DNA from: Myxococcota bacterium | GTDB taxonomy: Bacteria; Myxococcota_A; SURF-8 | DNA: 64,000 bases | NCBI GenBank assembly: GCA_963674735.2 | Contig: CAXXQS010000002.1 | Location: 608,001-672,000, forward strand | Direction of reading: 5' to 3' | Part shown: positions 11,001 through 18,876 of the stretch, piece after piece | Position numbering within the stretch: the first letter of the stretch is position 1 | How the letters are laid out: every line of letters starts with the position of its first letter | The notes under the pieces: generated by a model | The model's input: only the letters and a program-made list of their open reading frames with translations | Databases searched by the model: none | What the model was told of the DNA's origin: nothing | Position numbers and translations under genes: made by a program

Positions 11001-11762
11001 GTCACCTCGCCGCCGTTGGACCGCCTCAAGCCCCTCGATACCGTGCAACTCGACGGCACCGGCTCGTCCGACCCGGACGCGGGGGATGCCGTGGCCGAGT
11101 ACATCTGGTCCATCGACTCGCGTCCCAGCGGCTCCACCAGTCAACTCAACACGCCCAACGCCGCGCGCCCGACCCTCTTTCTCGATCTGGCGGGCACCTA
11201 TCGCATCAAGCTGGAGGTGCGCGACACGAAAGGCATGCTCAGTTGCAGCCCGGCCTACGTCAACCTCGACGTCATCCCGCGTGAACTCATCCACGTCGAG
11301 CTGACCTGGAGTACCAATGAGGGCGACATGGACCTGCACCTGGTGAAACCGGGCGGCAGCCTGTGGTCGAGCAACGATTGCTACTTCTCGAACCTGGAGC
11401 CCAACTGGAGCGGCTACGGGCGGCCTTCGCTCGACATCGACGACGAGCACGGCCGCGGTCCCGAAAACATCAATCTCGACGATCCGGGCAACGGCACCTA
11501 CCGCGTCTACGTCCACTACTGGAATACCTGGGGCGAACGCGACGACGTCAACGTGACGATCCGCATTTACATCTGGGGCGCACTCGTGGCGACTTACCAG
11601 AAATCCTGGCCCGACGACTACGAGCATTACCGCTGGCCGGTAGCCGATATCAACTGGAGCGGCTACGACGCCACCGTCACCAGCCTCGGCAGCAACTTCG
11701 AATCCGACGGTCACGGCTCGCGCCGTTCGAGCGGCAAATATGTGGAACCGGTGAAAGAATAA
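8004..11762 (+). CDS. Large lipoprotein: Cys module, DGD linker, six choice-of-anchor-D/ASH-like Ig domains, three PKD-like domains, C-terminal YfaP/DUF2135-like domain
   Basis: Lipobox AIGC; repeated 'I.V.P..(I/L).(F/Y)G.V..G...I.SNDP' units; 'L(D/N)G.GS.DPD.GD....Y.W' PKD units; 'LTW..EGDMDLHL...LDIDD..G.GPENI...GTYRVYVHY'. Confidence 0.8.
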   Translation: MAMTTRGSLLAGLLGLMVVVFAIGCDSGSAGTSVDGDLPGDPACDCPYGCDDLGECLPGPCETSTDCPPGQICDGGYCQNAGETDGDEDTPNDGDLDGKPNETDGDLSEAEADGDIDLEFETDVPHDENNPWIVVDPLRIDFGAVPLHSTRDRDLTISNIGAQDLVVDEIYYWYEPNEPVQELSLTHDALPITLASGDQALVTLLFESQDIIPDEDMLIIHSNDPSEPNVGIPVTTDIKASAAIEVNPLEVAFGTVRLGHYEETVTLRNLGGLAVLIAQLELDSQSDEITVDGIPAGIGATTPYSLDPGANLALTVNYDPVVNDGVEDTGTLHIETNDVENPRFTVPISGTPCQPEIDVLPTILDYSSVNLGDSATECFTLENSGCGLLAVSSIAITEDAGGAYVWQAAPTAPEDIPAGESREYCVTFTPDSPDTGNGMVTIESDDDDEPTVEIPLSSEVVPPNISCTPDELLYGQVAIGSPQTLSVTCTATTSAPIEIGDLVIDPPPGVFAITNTPATTLNLGDESIIEITYDPTTETADAATLTIPSNDPDNGSIDVPLSGSGYIPNDCPVALISIAEPPEDQIEQYVTVTLNGAGSSDPDPGDSIAEYIWTVLSRPPGSTSPLTSQGDVRPTLYMDVAGDYVVELQVRDTLGLLSCVADQITITAAQPSPDIHCEPLALNYGEVAIGSTFAKTLSCRNDGFGPLAISQYEMVSPAAGVFSITNTPKTTLAYSESTLIQITYAPQQVGEDLGTLRIHSDDPDEPLVEVSLRGGTYAPNTCPVADFVLLEPPIDEIFVGDRVKLDASGSYDPDAGDSIYQYIWSFDSKPAASQTEIRPFGYPKPSFYVDQPGTYVVKLIVTDTFYEPSCQAATLTLVATLPPADIVCSPMVVNYGVLAIGDTQTQTVVCENVGRGLLHISSYLVDTPTAGLFSVVNTPVMAVPPGDFTTFEVRYAPTTPDSSNGALTIQSNDPAEPEVAIDLIGNSYDPNNCPTAVIGVTSPPLDRLKPLDTVQLDGTGSSDPDAGDAVAEYIWSIDSRPSGSTSQLNTPNAARPTLFLDLAGTYRIKLEVRDTKGMLSCSPAYVNLDVIPRELIHVELTWSTNEGDMDLHLVKPGGSLWSSNDCYFSNLEPNWSGYGRPSLDIDDEHGRGPENINLDDPGNGTYRVYVHYWNTWGERDDVNVTIRIYIWGALVATYQKSWPDDYEHYRWPVADINWSGYDATVTSLGSNFESDGHGSRRSSGKYVEPVKE

Positions 11763-11823
11763 GCGTTGAGTCCGGAGCCCGTCAGGAGACGCGCTCCAAC
11801 ACGGAATTGATGTTACTTAGGGT

Positions 11824-11856
11824 AAGATGGGCAACTTGTTGCCCATCTTCCTTTTT
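11824..11856 (+). terminator. Intrinsic terminator
   Basis: AAGATGGGCAAC-TT-GTTGCCCATCTT then CCTTTTT. Confidence 0.65.
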
Positions 11857-12075
11857 CTATGCAAAAGCCTTTAGCAGGAACAGGGCTCCGTCCTGTTCCG
11901 CATGTTTGTCTTGATTTTTTTCACCAAAATCCCCCGCCGGGAGCCCGTCGCAGGTGCGCACCAAACCATGGCGTATCGAAGGCTCCCTCGATACACCGTT
12001 TTGCAAACGGCTACTCGGGATGAGGCATAATGTTTCATATTACAATCGGGTTTCCCGGTGTTGGAACGCAAGCAC

Positions 12076-12636
12076 TCACCCCAGCCCCAGGACGGCCCGG
12101 ACGATATCGTGGTAGGTAAATAGCCCGAAAGCCGCGCCCCAAAGCGCTCCGGCCAAAATGTCGCTGGGATAATGCACACCCAGATAGTAACGCGAAAAAC
12201 TCACGATGAGCGCCCATAACGACACCGGCAGCGCCAGCGGATGCCCAATCAGACACAGACCGACCGCCAGCCCCACGGCGGTAGCGGTATGAGTGGAGGG
12301 AAAGGAATAGCCATGCGCGTGCGGGTCCAGCTTGCTTACCTCGGGTATATCGCGATAGGGACGGAGGCGTTTCACCGCCACTTTGACGAACTGCCCCGAA
12401 ATCAGAGCGAAAAAAGCCCCCAGCATGGCCGATAGAAGCCCCACCGGATCGGGCGCAAAGGGAATGTGGAACGCCGTCAGCAGCGAAAAAACGGCCGCCA
12501 GGGAAAACCACATCGCCGAGGAACCCGTGAAGGTGAACAAACGCATAATCGGCGTCAGAAACGGATGGCGCAGCCATAAAACCGCCCGCATAAGAAACGG
12601 GTCTACAATCAATAATGAGTTGATTTTTTTTTCCAT
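12076..12636 (-). CDS. PAP2-family membrane phosphatase
   Basis: KxxxxRxRP, SFPSTH and SRYYLGVHYPSD catalytic motifs. Confidence 0.92.
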   Translation of the reverse strand: MEKKINSLLIVDPFLMRAVLWLRHPFLTPIMRLFTFTGSSAMWFSLAAVFSLLTAFHIPFAPDPVGLLSAMLGAFFALISGQFVKVAVKRLRPYRDIPEVSKLDPHAHGYSFPSTHTATAVGLAVGLCLIGHPLALPVSLWALIVSFSRYYLGVHYPSDILAGALWGAAFGLFTYHDIVRAVLGLG

Positions 12637-12885
12637 CCTGCTATCCTGAAATCAGGACAATAGGCAAAAAGGCAAATTTCTTCGCAACGTTGCGCTTCTG
12701 AGGCAAGTTTGGAATTCCTAATAAGTTCTGCATAGTTAGGCGTCCCTCACAGACATTTATCATGGTTGCCCGATAACGAATCTGCTAATCTTAGAGTCAC
12801 GATCAGGCGTAACAACCACCCGGAAGGCGGACGTATTGGAAGCGTCCACAGCAACAATTGGAAGTATGCAGCAAGGAGACCGCAA

Positions 12886-15873
12886 ATGCCAACCCGAATT
12901 TTAAGCAGTATTCTCGTGGCTGGATGGATGAGTCTCGTCGTGGCGGGATGCCTCCCGATCGACGAGGAACAGGCGGGCGACGGTGGAAACTCAAACGAAA
13001 ACCCGGACGGACAATACGACCCGGATGTCTTACCCTGCCTGGATAACGGGCGCCGTTGCGATCAGAGCGAAATACTGCTCTGCACCAATGGCGCCTGGAC
13101 CTTCCTGCGTGACTGCCATCTCGATGGCCTTGACTGCGTGGACGGCTATTGCCTCGATCCGTCCGACAACGAAGATCCTACAGATGGAGATATCTCGGCG
13201 GACGGAGATATTCCAACTGATGGCGATATTTTTTCCGATGGCGACGATCCGACCGATGGCGACGTCCCGACCGACGGCGACGATCCGACCGACGGCGACG
13301 ATCCGACCGATGGCGACGTTCCGACCGATGGCGACGTTCCGACCGACGGCGACGTTCCGACCGACGGCGACGTCCCGACCGACGGCGATGATCCCGTCGA
13401 TCCGCCCCAGCCTTTGGCGGCGATCGTGGAAAGCGCCGGTTCGGCCTCCGTCTCGCTCAGTTGGGAAGCCGATGCCGAATTGGCGAATATTACCTTGTAT
13501 ATGGCCGCCGAACCGGGGGCGCAGCCCGGTCTCGAAATGCCCGGAGAACGCCTTGTGGCCGAATTACCTGGAAACACAAGCACTTATACTTTAGAGGGCC
13601 TGGCCGCCAGCGTGGATGTCTTCATCCGTATCAGCGGTCTCACCGCTGCTGCCGAGCCGGTCGAATGGGCCGACACCGTGCACGCCCGCACCGTAGGCGG
13701 TCCGCGTGCACCGCTGTCCACCCCGTTACGCTCGGCGCATCTCATGGCCCCCGACATTCTCAACCTGATCCTGGATAACGGCGACGGTCCCGAGTGGCAG
13801 TCCGGGCCGTGGACGGTCCGACGCGCAAACGGGCAAGAAATTGATATTACCGATGTTTATCGCCGTTCAATGCCGGTCGGAGCGCCCGAATACAGCGTGG
13901 GCTGGGGCATTCCCTACTCCGATGACGTCATCGACGTCGACCACCACATTTTCCTGCAATTCGACGAACCGGTGGGTTCCCCCGAAATCCTCGCTATCGA
14001 AGGCCCCGACGGTCTGAGCTTCACGCTGCCCGTCTCCGACCGCTACCTGGAAACGCCGGTCATCCAGCTCAACCAAGTGGGTTTCAATCCACGCGCCTCA
14101 CGCCGCTGGGCGTACGTCTACGGCTATCTCGGTGACGGCGGGGTGTTGGATCAAAGCGGCATGCCGAGTAGCGCCGATGTCCTGGCCGAAGCGGACGATC
14201 CCGCCACCCCACGCCCGGTGATTCTGGCCGATCTGCCGATCACTCACCGCTCGGACGGCAACGTGGATACCGGCGGCGAAGTACGCGAAATCGATCTGGC
14301 GACCTTGCCCGCCTCGGAAACGGCACACTACCGCGTGCGCCTGCCCGGCGTCGGGGTTTCGTGGGTCACGCAAGTAAGTGAAAAAGCGTCTTTCAAGGCC
14401 TTCTACACCCTCACGCGCGGCCTCTTCCACAACCGCTGGGGCGGCGATCTGCGCGACGACTGCACCGAGTGGTCGCGGCCGCCCGACCATCTGACCGTCT
14501 ACACCGCCGACCAGACTCTGTTCACCGAGATGCACGACGAAGATACGCCCAAGCTCGGCGAGCGTGAGTTGCAGGGCGGCTATCACGATGCGGGCGATTT
14601 CGATCAGCGTCCCATGCACACCATGGTTCCCATGCTGCTGATGAGTGCTTTCGAGCTTGATTCGGAACGCTTCGCCGACAGCCAGTTGATGCTGCCCGAA
14701 AGCGGCAACGGCGTCCCCGATCTGCTCGACGAAGCCCTGTGGGGCGTCAACGCCTGGCTGCAACTGCAGGAGTCGGACGGCGGCGTGCGCCTGGGCGTCG
14801 AATCCCATCGTCATCCTTACGGCTACTACCTGGCCAACGAAGACCCCCTGCCCTACTGGACTTACGGCAAGCACGCCAACGTCTCCGCCCGTTCGGCGGG
14901 TCTGTTCGCCCAGGCGGCGACTTTGCTGGCCCCCTTCGACCCCGGTCGCGCGGCCCTGTTGGCGGAACGGGCGCAGATGGCCTACGATTACGCGGTGGAA
15001 AACAACGCCGCCACGGCCTACATGCTGTTTGCCGCCGGTGAGATGCTGCGGTTGACCAACGATGTGAAATACAAGCAGATGTTCGAAGCCAAGTGGCACG
15101 CCATCGGTCCCTACGGCGCGTTCAACAAAATGGCGCTCAACTACCAGGTCACGCCCAACGCCTTCGTCGATGCCCTCACCGATCCGGCGGCGGCATTCGT
15201 TAAAGCCGATTACATCATGGCCTACTTGAGCCATCCGCTGGCCGATCCGGCGATCGTGGAACTGGCGGACGATCAGTTCATGATCACGGCCAATTCGCTC
15301 ATCAACGACACCTTTTACGGTCATCCGCACCGCAATTCGCGCCGCATCAACGACGGACTGGCCTGGGGCAAAGGCGCCACCATGGGTACCTACATCGAAG
15401 CGGCCGTGGCCATGTTGCGCCTCGGCACCCAGTCGGCCCAGGTGGAACAGGATCTATTCGACGTCCTGAGCCTGGCGGCCGACTTCGTCATGGGCGGCAA
15501 CCCCTTGGGCCAGACCTTCTACACCGGACTGGGCAGCCGTCGTCCGGAAGAACCGCTGCACCTGGACTCGCTGGCCTTCGTCAAATTGGGAAAAGGCACC
15601 GTGCCGGGCATCCCGGTTTTCGGTCCCACCGACGGTGCGCCGGGCTGGTACTGGGAGCAGTTCACCCTGGATGAGTTTTATCCGAGCATGAACAGCCTGC
15701 CGCGCTTTTTACGCTACGCCGACGTGCGCACCATCGTGGAAACCAGCGAATCGACGGTCTGGGGCGATTACGCACCGAATATCAAGCTGTTCTCCGGTCT
15801 GCTCGGTCCCGGCTGGATGCCGCCCGCCGGTTTCCGTCCCGGCGAAGCGGAACATGGTTCGCCGTTGCCGTAA
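12886..15873 (+). CDS. Lipoprotein glycoside hydrolase family 9 with Cys module, DGD repeat stalk, Fn3-like and Ig-like domains
   Basis: AAGGAG RBS, lipobox VAGC, 'LNQVGF', 'GGYHDAGDFD', 'NGVPDLLDEA.W', 'GGNPLGQTFYTGLG', C-terminal 'YAD.......TSE' (candidate catalytic Glu). Confidence 0.88.
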   Translation: MPTRILSSILVAGWMSLVVAGCLPIDEEQAGDGGNSNENPDGQYDPDVLPCLDNGRRCDQSEILLCTNGAWTFLRDCHLDGLDCVDGYCLDPSDNEDPTDGDISADGDIPTDGDIFSDGDDPTDGDVPTDGDDPTDGDDPTDGDVPTDGDVPTDGDVPTDGDVPTDGDDPVDPPQPLAAIVESAGSASVSLSWEADAELANITLYMAAEPGAQPGLEMPGERLVAELPGNTSTYTLEGLAASVDVFIRISGLTAAAEPVEWADTVHARTVGGPRAPLSTPLRSAHLMAPDILNLILDNGDGPEWQSGPWTVRRANGQEIDITDVYRRSMPVGAPEYSVGWGIPYSDDVIDVDHHIFLQFDEPVGSPEILAIEGPDGLSFTLPVSDRYLETPVIQLNQVGFNPRASRRWAYVYGYLGDGGVLDQSGMPSSADVLAEADDPATPRPVILADLPITHRSDGNVDTGGEVREIDLATLPASETAHYRVRLPGVGVSWVTQVSEKASFKAFYTLTRGLFHNRWGGDLRDDCTEWSRPPDHLTVYTADQTLFTEMHDEDTPKLGERELQGGYHDAGDFDQRPMHTMVPMLLMSAFELDSERFADSQLMLPESGNGVPDLLDEALWGVNAWLQLQESDGGVRLGVESHRHPYGYYLANEDPLPYWTYGKHANVSARSAGLFAQAATLLAPFDPGRAALLAERAQMAYDYAVENNAATAYMLFAAGEMLRLTNDVKYKQMFEAKWHAIGPYGAFNKMALNYQVTPNAFVDALTDPAAAFVKADYIMAYLSHPLADPAIVELADDQFMITANSLINDTFYGHPHRNSRRINDGLAWGKGATMGTYIEAAVAMLRLGTQSAQVEQDLFDVLSLAADFVMGGNPLGQTFYTGLGSRRPEEPLHLDSLAFVKLGKGTVPGIPVFGPTDGAPGWYWEQFTLDEFYPSMNSLPRFLRYADVRTIVETSESTVWGDYAPNIKLFSGLLGPGWMPPAGFRPGEAEHGSPLP
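13177..13392 (+). repeat. 18-bp coding tandem repeat, 12 units (PTDGD[V/D/I])
   Basis: 216 bp of CCGACCGA(C/T)GGCGAC(GTT/GTC/GAT)-type units inside the GH9 gene; the first four units are degenerate. Confidence 0.92.
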
Positions 15874-15896
15874 CCGGTGACGTTCGTTCGCTCATC

Positions 15897-15927
15897 ACGG
15901 GCCGTCCACAGGGGCGGTCCGTTTTTT
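15897..15927 (+). terminator. Intrinsic terminator
   Basis: ACGGGCCGTCC...GGGCGGTCCGT stem (with G-U pairs) followed by a T-run. Confidence 0.65.
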
Positions 15928-16081
15928 CTTTACCGAAGGCTGGCTTTGAATCCTCTGGTCAGCCCGGGCCAGCTCGTGGTATTCTTCAATCGACCGCCGA
16001 TTCGAGAGTCAGAAGAACCGACCCACCGACACCGATCGTCGCCGGACTATCACCCGGTCCCGATCGGTAAGGAGCAAGACC

Positions 16082-17101
16082 ATGATTCCCATCCGACGAA
16101 ACCGGAAATCGACGATTCAAGCTCTCATCCTCTGTCTGCTCCTTCCGCTGATCGGCTGCGTTTCCTCTCAAACTGGCTCCCTGCGACCGAGCGCCGAACC
16201 CGCTCCACCGATCGAAATCCGGTTCGATGAGCTTTGGGACTATGCCAAACCAGTCAAAAGCGAAACCGCCTTCCTGGCGCTGCTGCCGCGCTATCCTGCC
16301 AATGAAACCCCGTTGATTCGCGCCGAGTTGCTCTCGCAGATCGCTCGCAGCCAAGGTTTGCAGGGACGTTTCAACGAAGCACACCGGCGGCTGGACGAAG
16401 CCCGAAAGTTGATCGCCAAACGGAATTCGGTGGCGCGCATCCGATATTGGCTCGAACGCGGACGCCTCGAAAACTCGGCTCAAAAGCCCGATTTGGCGCG
16501 TCCGCTTTTCATGAAAGCCTTTCGTCTGGCGCTCACTCTTAACACGGATTTTTATACCATCGACGCCGCCCACATGCTAGCCATCGTCGAAGCGCCGGAC
16601 ATGGCTCTGGAATGGAATCTCCTCGCGCTGCAATTGGCCGAAAACAGCCTCGCACCGCTCGCCCGACGCTGGCAGGGCAGCCTGCTCAACAACCTGGGAT
16701 GGACCTATTTCGACAAGGGTCGCTACGATCGGGCACTTGAAGCATTTGAAAAAGCGCTGGCCTTTCGCCTTGAACAGGGAAAAACGAAGCCGATCCGCAT
16801 CGCCCGCTGGTCGGTTGCCCGCAGCCTGCGTTCTTTGGGACGCGGACCGGAAGCGCTGGCGATTCAGCAGCGCCTGGATCGCGAGTTGACGCAGGCCGGA
16901 GAACGTGACGGGTTCGTTTACGAAGAATTGGCCCTTGGATACGCCGCCATGGGAAAAACCGAGCAAGCCCGACTGCAGGCCGGACGGGCCTATCGGGAAC
17001 TCAAAGATCTTTCCTGGTTCGTCGAATCGGAGCCGACACGGCTGGAGCGTTTGAAAACCCTGATGAACGGCGACGCTGCTGCAAGCGACCCTCCGGAATG
17101 A
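16082..17101 (+). CDS. TPR-repeat lipoprotein
   Basis: AAGGAG RBS, lipobox LIGC, helical TPR repeats ('LLNNLGWTYFDKGRYDRALEAFEKAL'). Confidence 0.82.
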   Translation: MIPIRRNRKSTIQALILCLLLPLIGCVSSQTGSLRPSAEPAPPIEIRFDELWDYAKPVKSETAFLALLPRYPANETPLIRAELLSQIARSQGLQGRFNEAHRRLDEARKLIAKRNSVARIRYWLERGRLENSAQKPDLARPLFMKAFRLALTLNTDFYTIDAAHMLAIVEAPDMALEWNLLALQLAENSLAPLARRWQGSLLNNLGWTYFDKGRYDRALEAFEKALAFRLEQGKTKPIRIARWSVARSLRSLGRGPEALAIQQRLDRELTQAGERDGFVYEELALGYAAMGKTEQARLQAGRAYRELKDLSWFVESEPTRLERLKTLMNGDAAASDPPE

Positions 17102-17184
17102 GAGCTTCCACCGCGTTCGACGAACGTTTCGGGTAGCTCAGCCCCCCTTTCGCGTTCGCCCAACGGCTTTTGATTGAGTAAGAG

Positions 17185-18852
17185 TTACAGTCTGGCGTCG
17201 TCGCCGATCTCCCGCTCGACAGCTTCGCCGTCTTCGGGCCAGATGCGCTGCGCCAGAAGACGCAACAGGCGACCGACATTTTGTCCGCTGCGGGCGGAGA
17301 TGCACACGGAATCGGCCTGCTCGAAGGGTAGCTCGATCCCTTGCGCGGCTAACAGATCGATCTTGTTGTAAACGGACAGGCGCGGCAGATCGTCGAGCTC
17401 AAGCTGCTCCAGAATACGCTCCACCGCGTCCATCTGCTGTTCGTGGTCGGGATTCGACACATCCACCAGATGCACGAGCAGGTCGGCATCGTGCAACTCT
17501 TCCAGCGTGGAGCGGAAGGCCTGCACCAGGTCGGCGGGCAGATCACGGATGAAGCCCACCGTGTCGGTCAACACCAACTCGCGGCCTTCGCCGAAGCGAA
17601 TACGCCGGGAGGTGGGATCGAGGGTGGCGAACAGGCGGTCTTCGGTTAAGACTTTGCTGGCGGTCAGGTGGTTCAACAACGTCGATTTTCCCGAGTTGGT
17701 ATAACCGACGATGGCCACCACCGGCACTCCGCGCCGTTCGCGGCGCTGGCGGCGCAGCTTGCGCTGCTTGCCCAGGTTGTCGATCTCCCGCTCCAGGGCC
17801 GCGATGCGGTCGCGCACCCGACGTCGATGAATTTCGAGCTTGGTTTCACCGGGACCGAGCGCTCCGATGCCGCCGGTGATACGCGACAGACCCTCGAAAC
17901 GCCGATGCAGACGCGGCAGTTCGTAACGCAGCGAAGCCAGTTCCACCTGGAGCAACCCGGCGCGCGTCTTGGCGCGTTGACCGAAAGCGGCCAGAATCAG
18001 TTGGTTGCGGTCGAGCACCTCCACCCGGGCGGCGGTGGCGATGGTACGGGCCTGGGCGGGGGTGAGCGCCCCATCGAAAATGATCAGGTCGGCCCCCATC
18101 TGCAGGCTGTCGAGGATGATTTCGTTGAGTTTGCCGCGCCCGATCAGAAAACGCGGGTCGAGGCGCGGGCGACTTTGCAAATAGCTGCGCGCCACCTGCA
18201 ACCCGGCACTGCTCGCCAGCTCGGCCAGTTCGGCCATACTGGCTTCGCTGGAGCCCTGGTAGCCGTGACGCACCCCCACCAGCAAGGCGCGCTTGGAAGC
18301 CTCCACCTGGCCGTCGTCGCGCGCGCGACGCTGGAATTCCGCCTCCAGTTCGCGGATGGCCACCCCGGCGTCGAAATGAAGCCGGGAGAGATTGGAGGCC
18401 TCGACGAAGCGATAGCGTTCATCCTGAGGATTGGGCGGCAGCAGGTGGGCCAAAGCCACCGACTCCGGCAGTCCGCCACGGGCGGAAATCACCGCCACCA
18501 GATCGAGACGCAAAAGCGCCAGATCGGCCAGGTCTTCCGTAGACAACGGCTCGTTGTTGAGATGCGTATGCACCAGCCGCAGGCCGTTGAAACGTCCGCC
18601 GTGCGCTTTGTAGCGCCCCAGATCGGGCAAGTCCAGGCGTTGGGCATCGCCCACCAACACCCAGCGCACATGCCCCGCCCGGTCGAGCAGAACCCCGATT
18701 TGACGATTGAATTCGCAGGCCAGTTCACTGATGTGGCGCGCCAGTTCGGCGGTTACCACCTCATCGGGCGGCACGCGCCGCCGGTAGGTGCGTTCCAGGC
18801 TTTTCAGTTGGCTGGGCTTGAGTCCTTTGAGATTTCCGATGGGCTGGCTGAT
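17185..18852 (-). CDS. hflX: GTPase HflX (long N-terminal form), probable non-canonical ATC start
   Basis: GPGETKLE, GYTNSGKST, DRLFATLDPT, DTVGFI, NKID. Homology-like sequence (GNLKGLKPSQLKSLERTYRRRVP) continues 5' of the GTG at 18774, up to ATC codons at 18852/18855 behind AAGGA. Confidence 0.93.
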   Translation of the reverse strand: MSQPIGNLKGLKPSQLKSLERTYRRRVPPDEVVTAELARHISELACEFNRQIGVLLDRAGHVRWVLVGDAQRLDLPDLGRYKAHGGRFNGLRLVHTHLNNEPLSTEDLADLALLRLDLVAVISARGGLPESVALAHLLPPNPQDERYRFVEASNLSRLHFDAGVAIRELEAEFQRRARDDGQVEASKRALLVGVRHGYQGSSEASMAELAELASSAGLQVARSYLQSRPRLDPRFLIGRGKLNEIILDSLQMGADLIIFDGALTPAQARTIATAARVEVLDRNQLILAAFGQRAKTRAGLLQVELASLRYELPRLHRRFEGLSRITGGIGALGPGETKLEIHRRRVRDRIAALEREIDNLGKQRKLRRQRRERRGVPVVAIVGYTNSGKSTLLNHLTASKVLTEDRLFATLDPTSRRIRFGEGRELVLTDTVGFIRDLPADLVQAFRSTLEELHDADLLVHLVDVSNPDHEQQMDAVERILEQLELDDLPRLSVYNKIDLLAAQGIELPFEQADSVCISARSGQNVGRLLRLLAQRIWPEDGEAVEREIGDDARL

Positions 18853-18876
18853 GATGCTTTTCCTTGTGTTGTCGGG

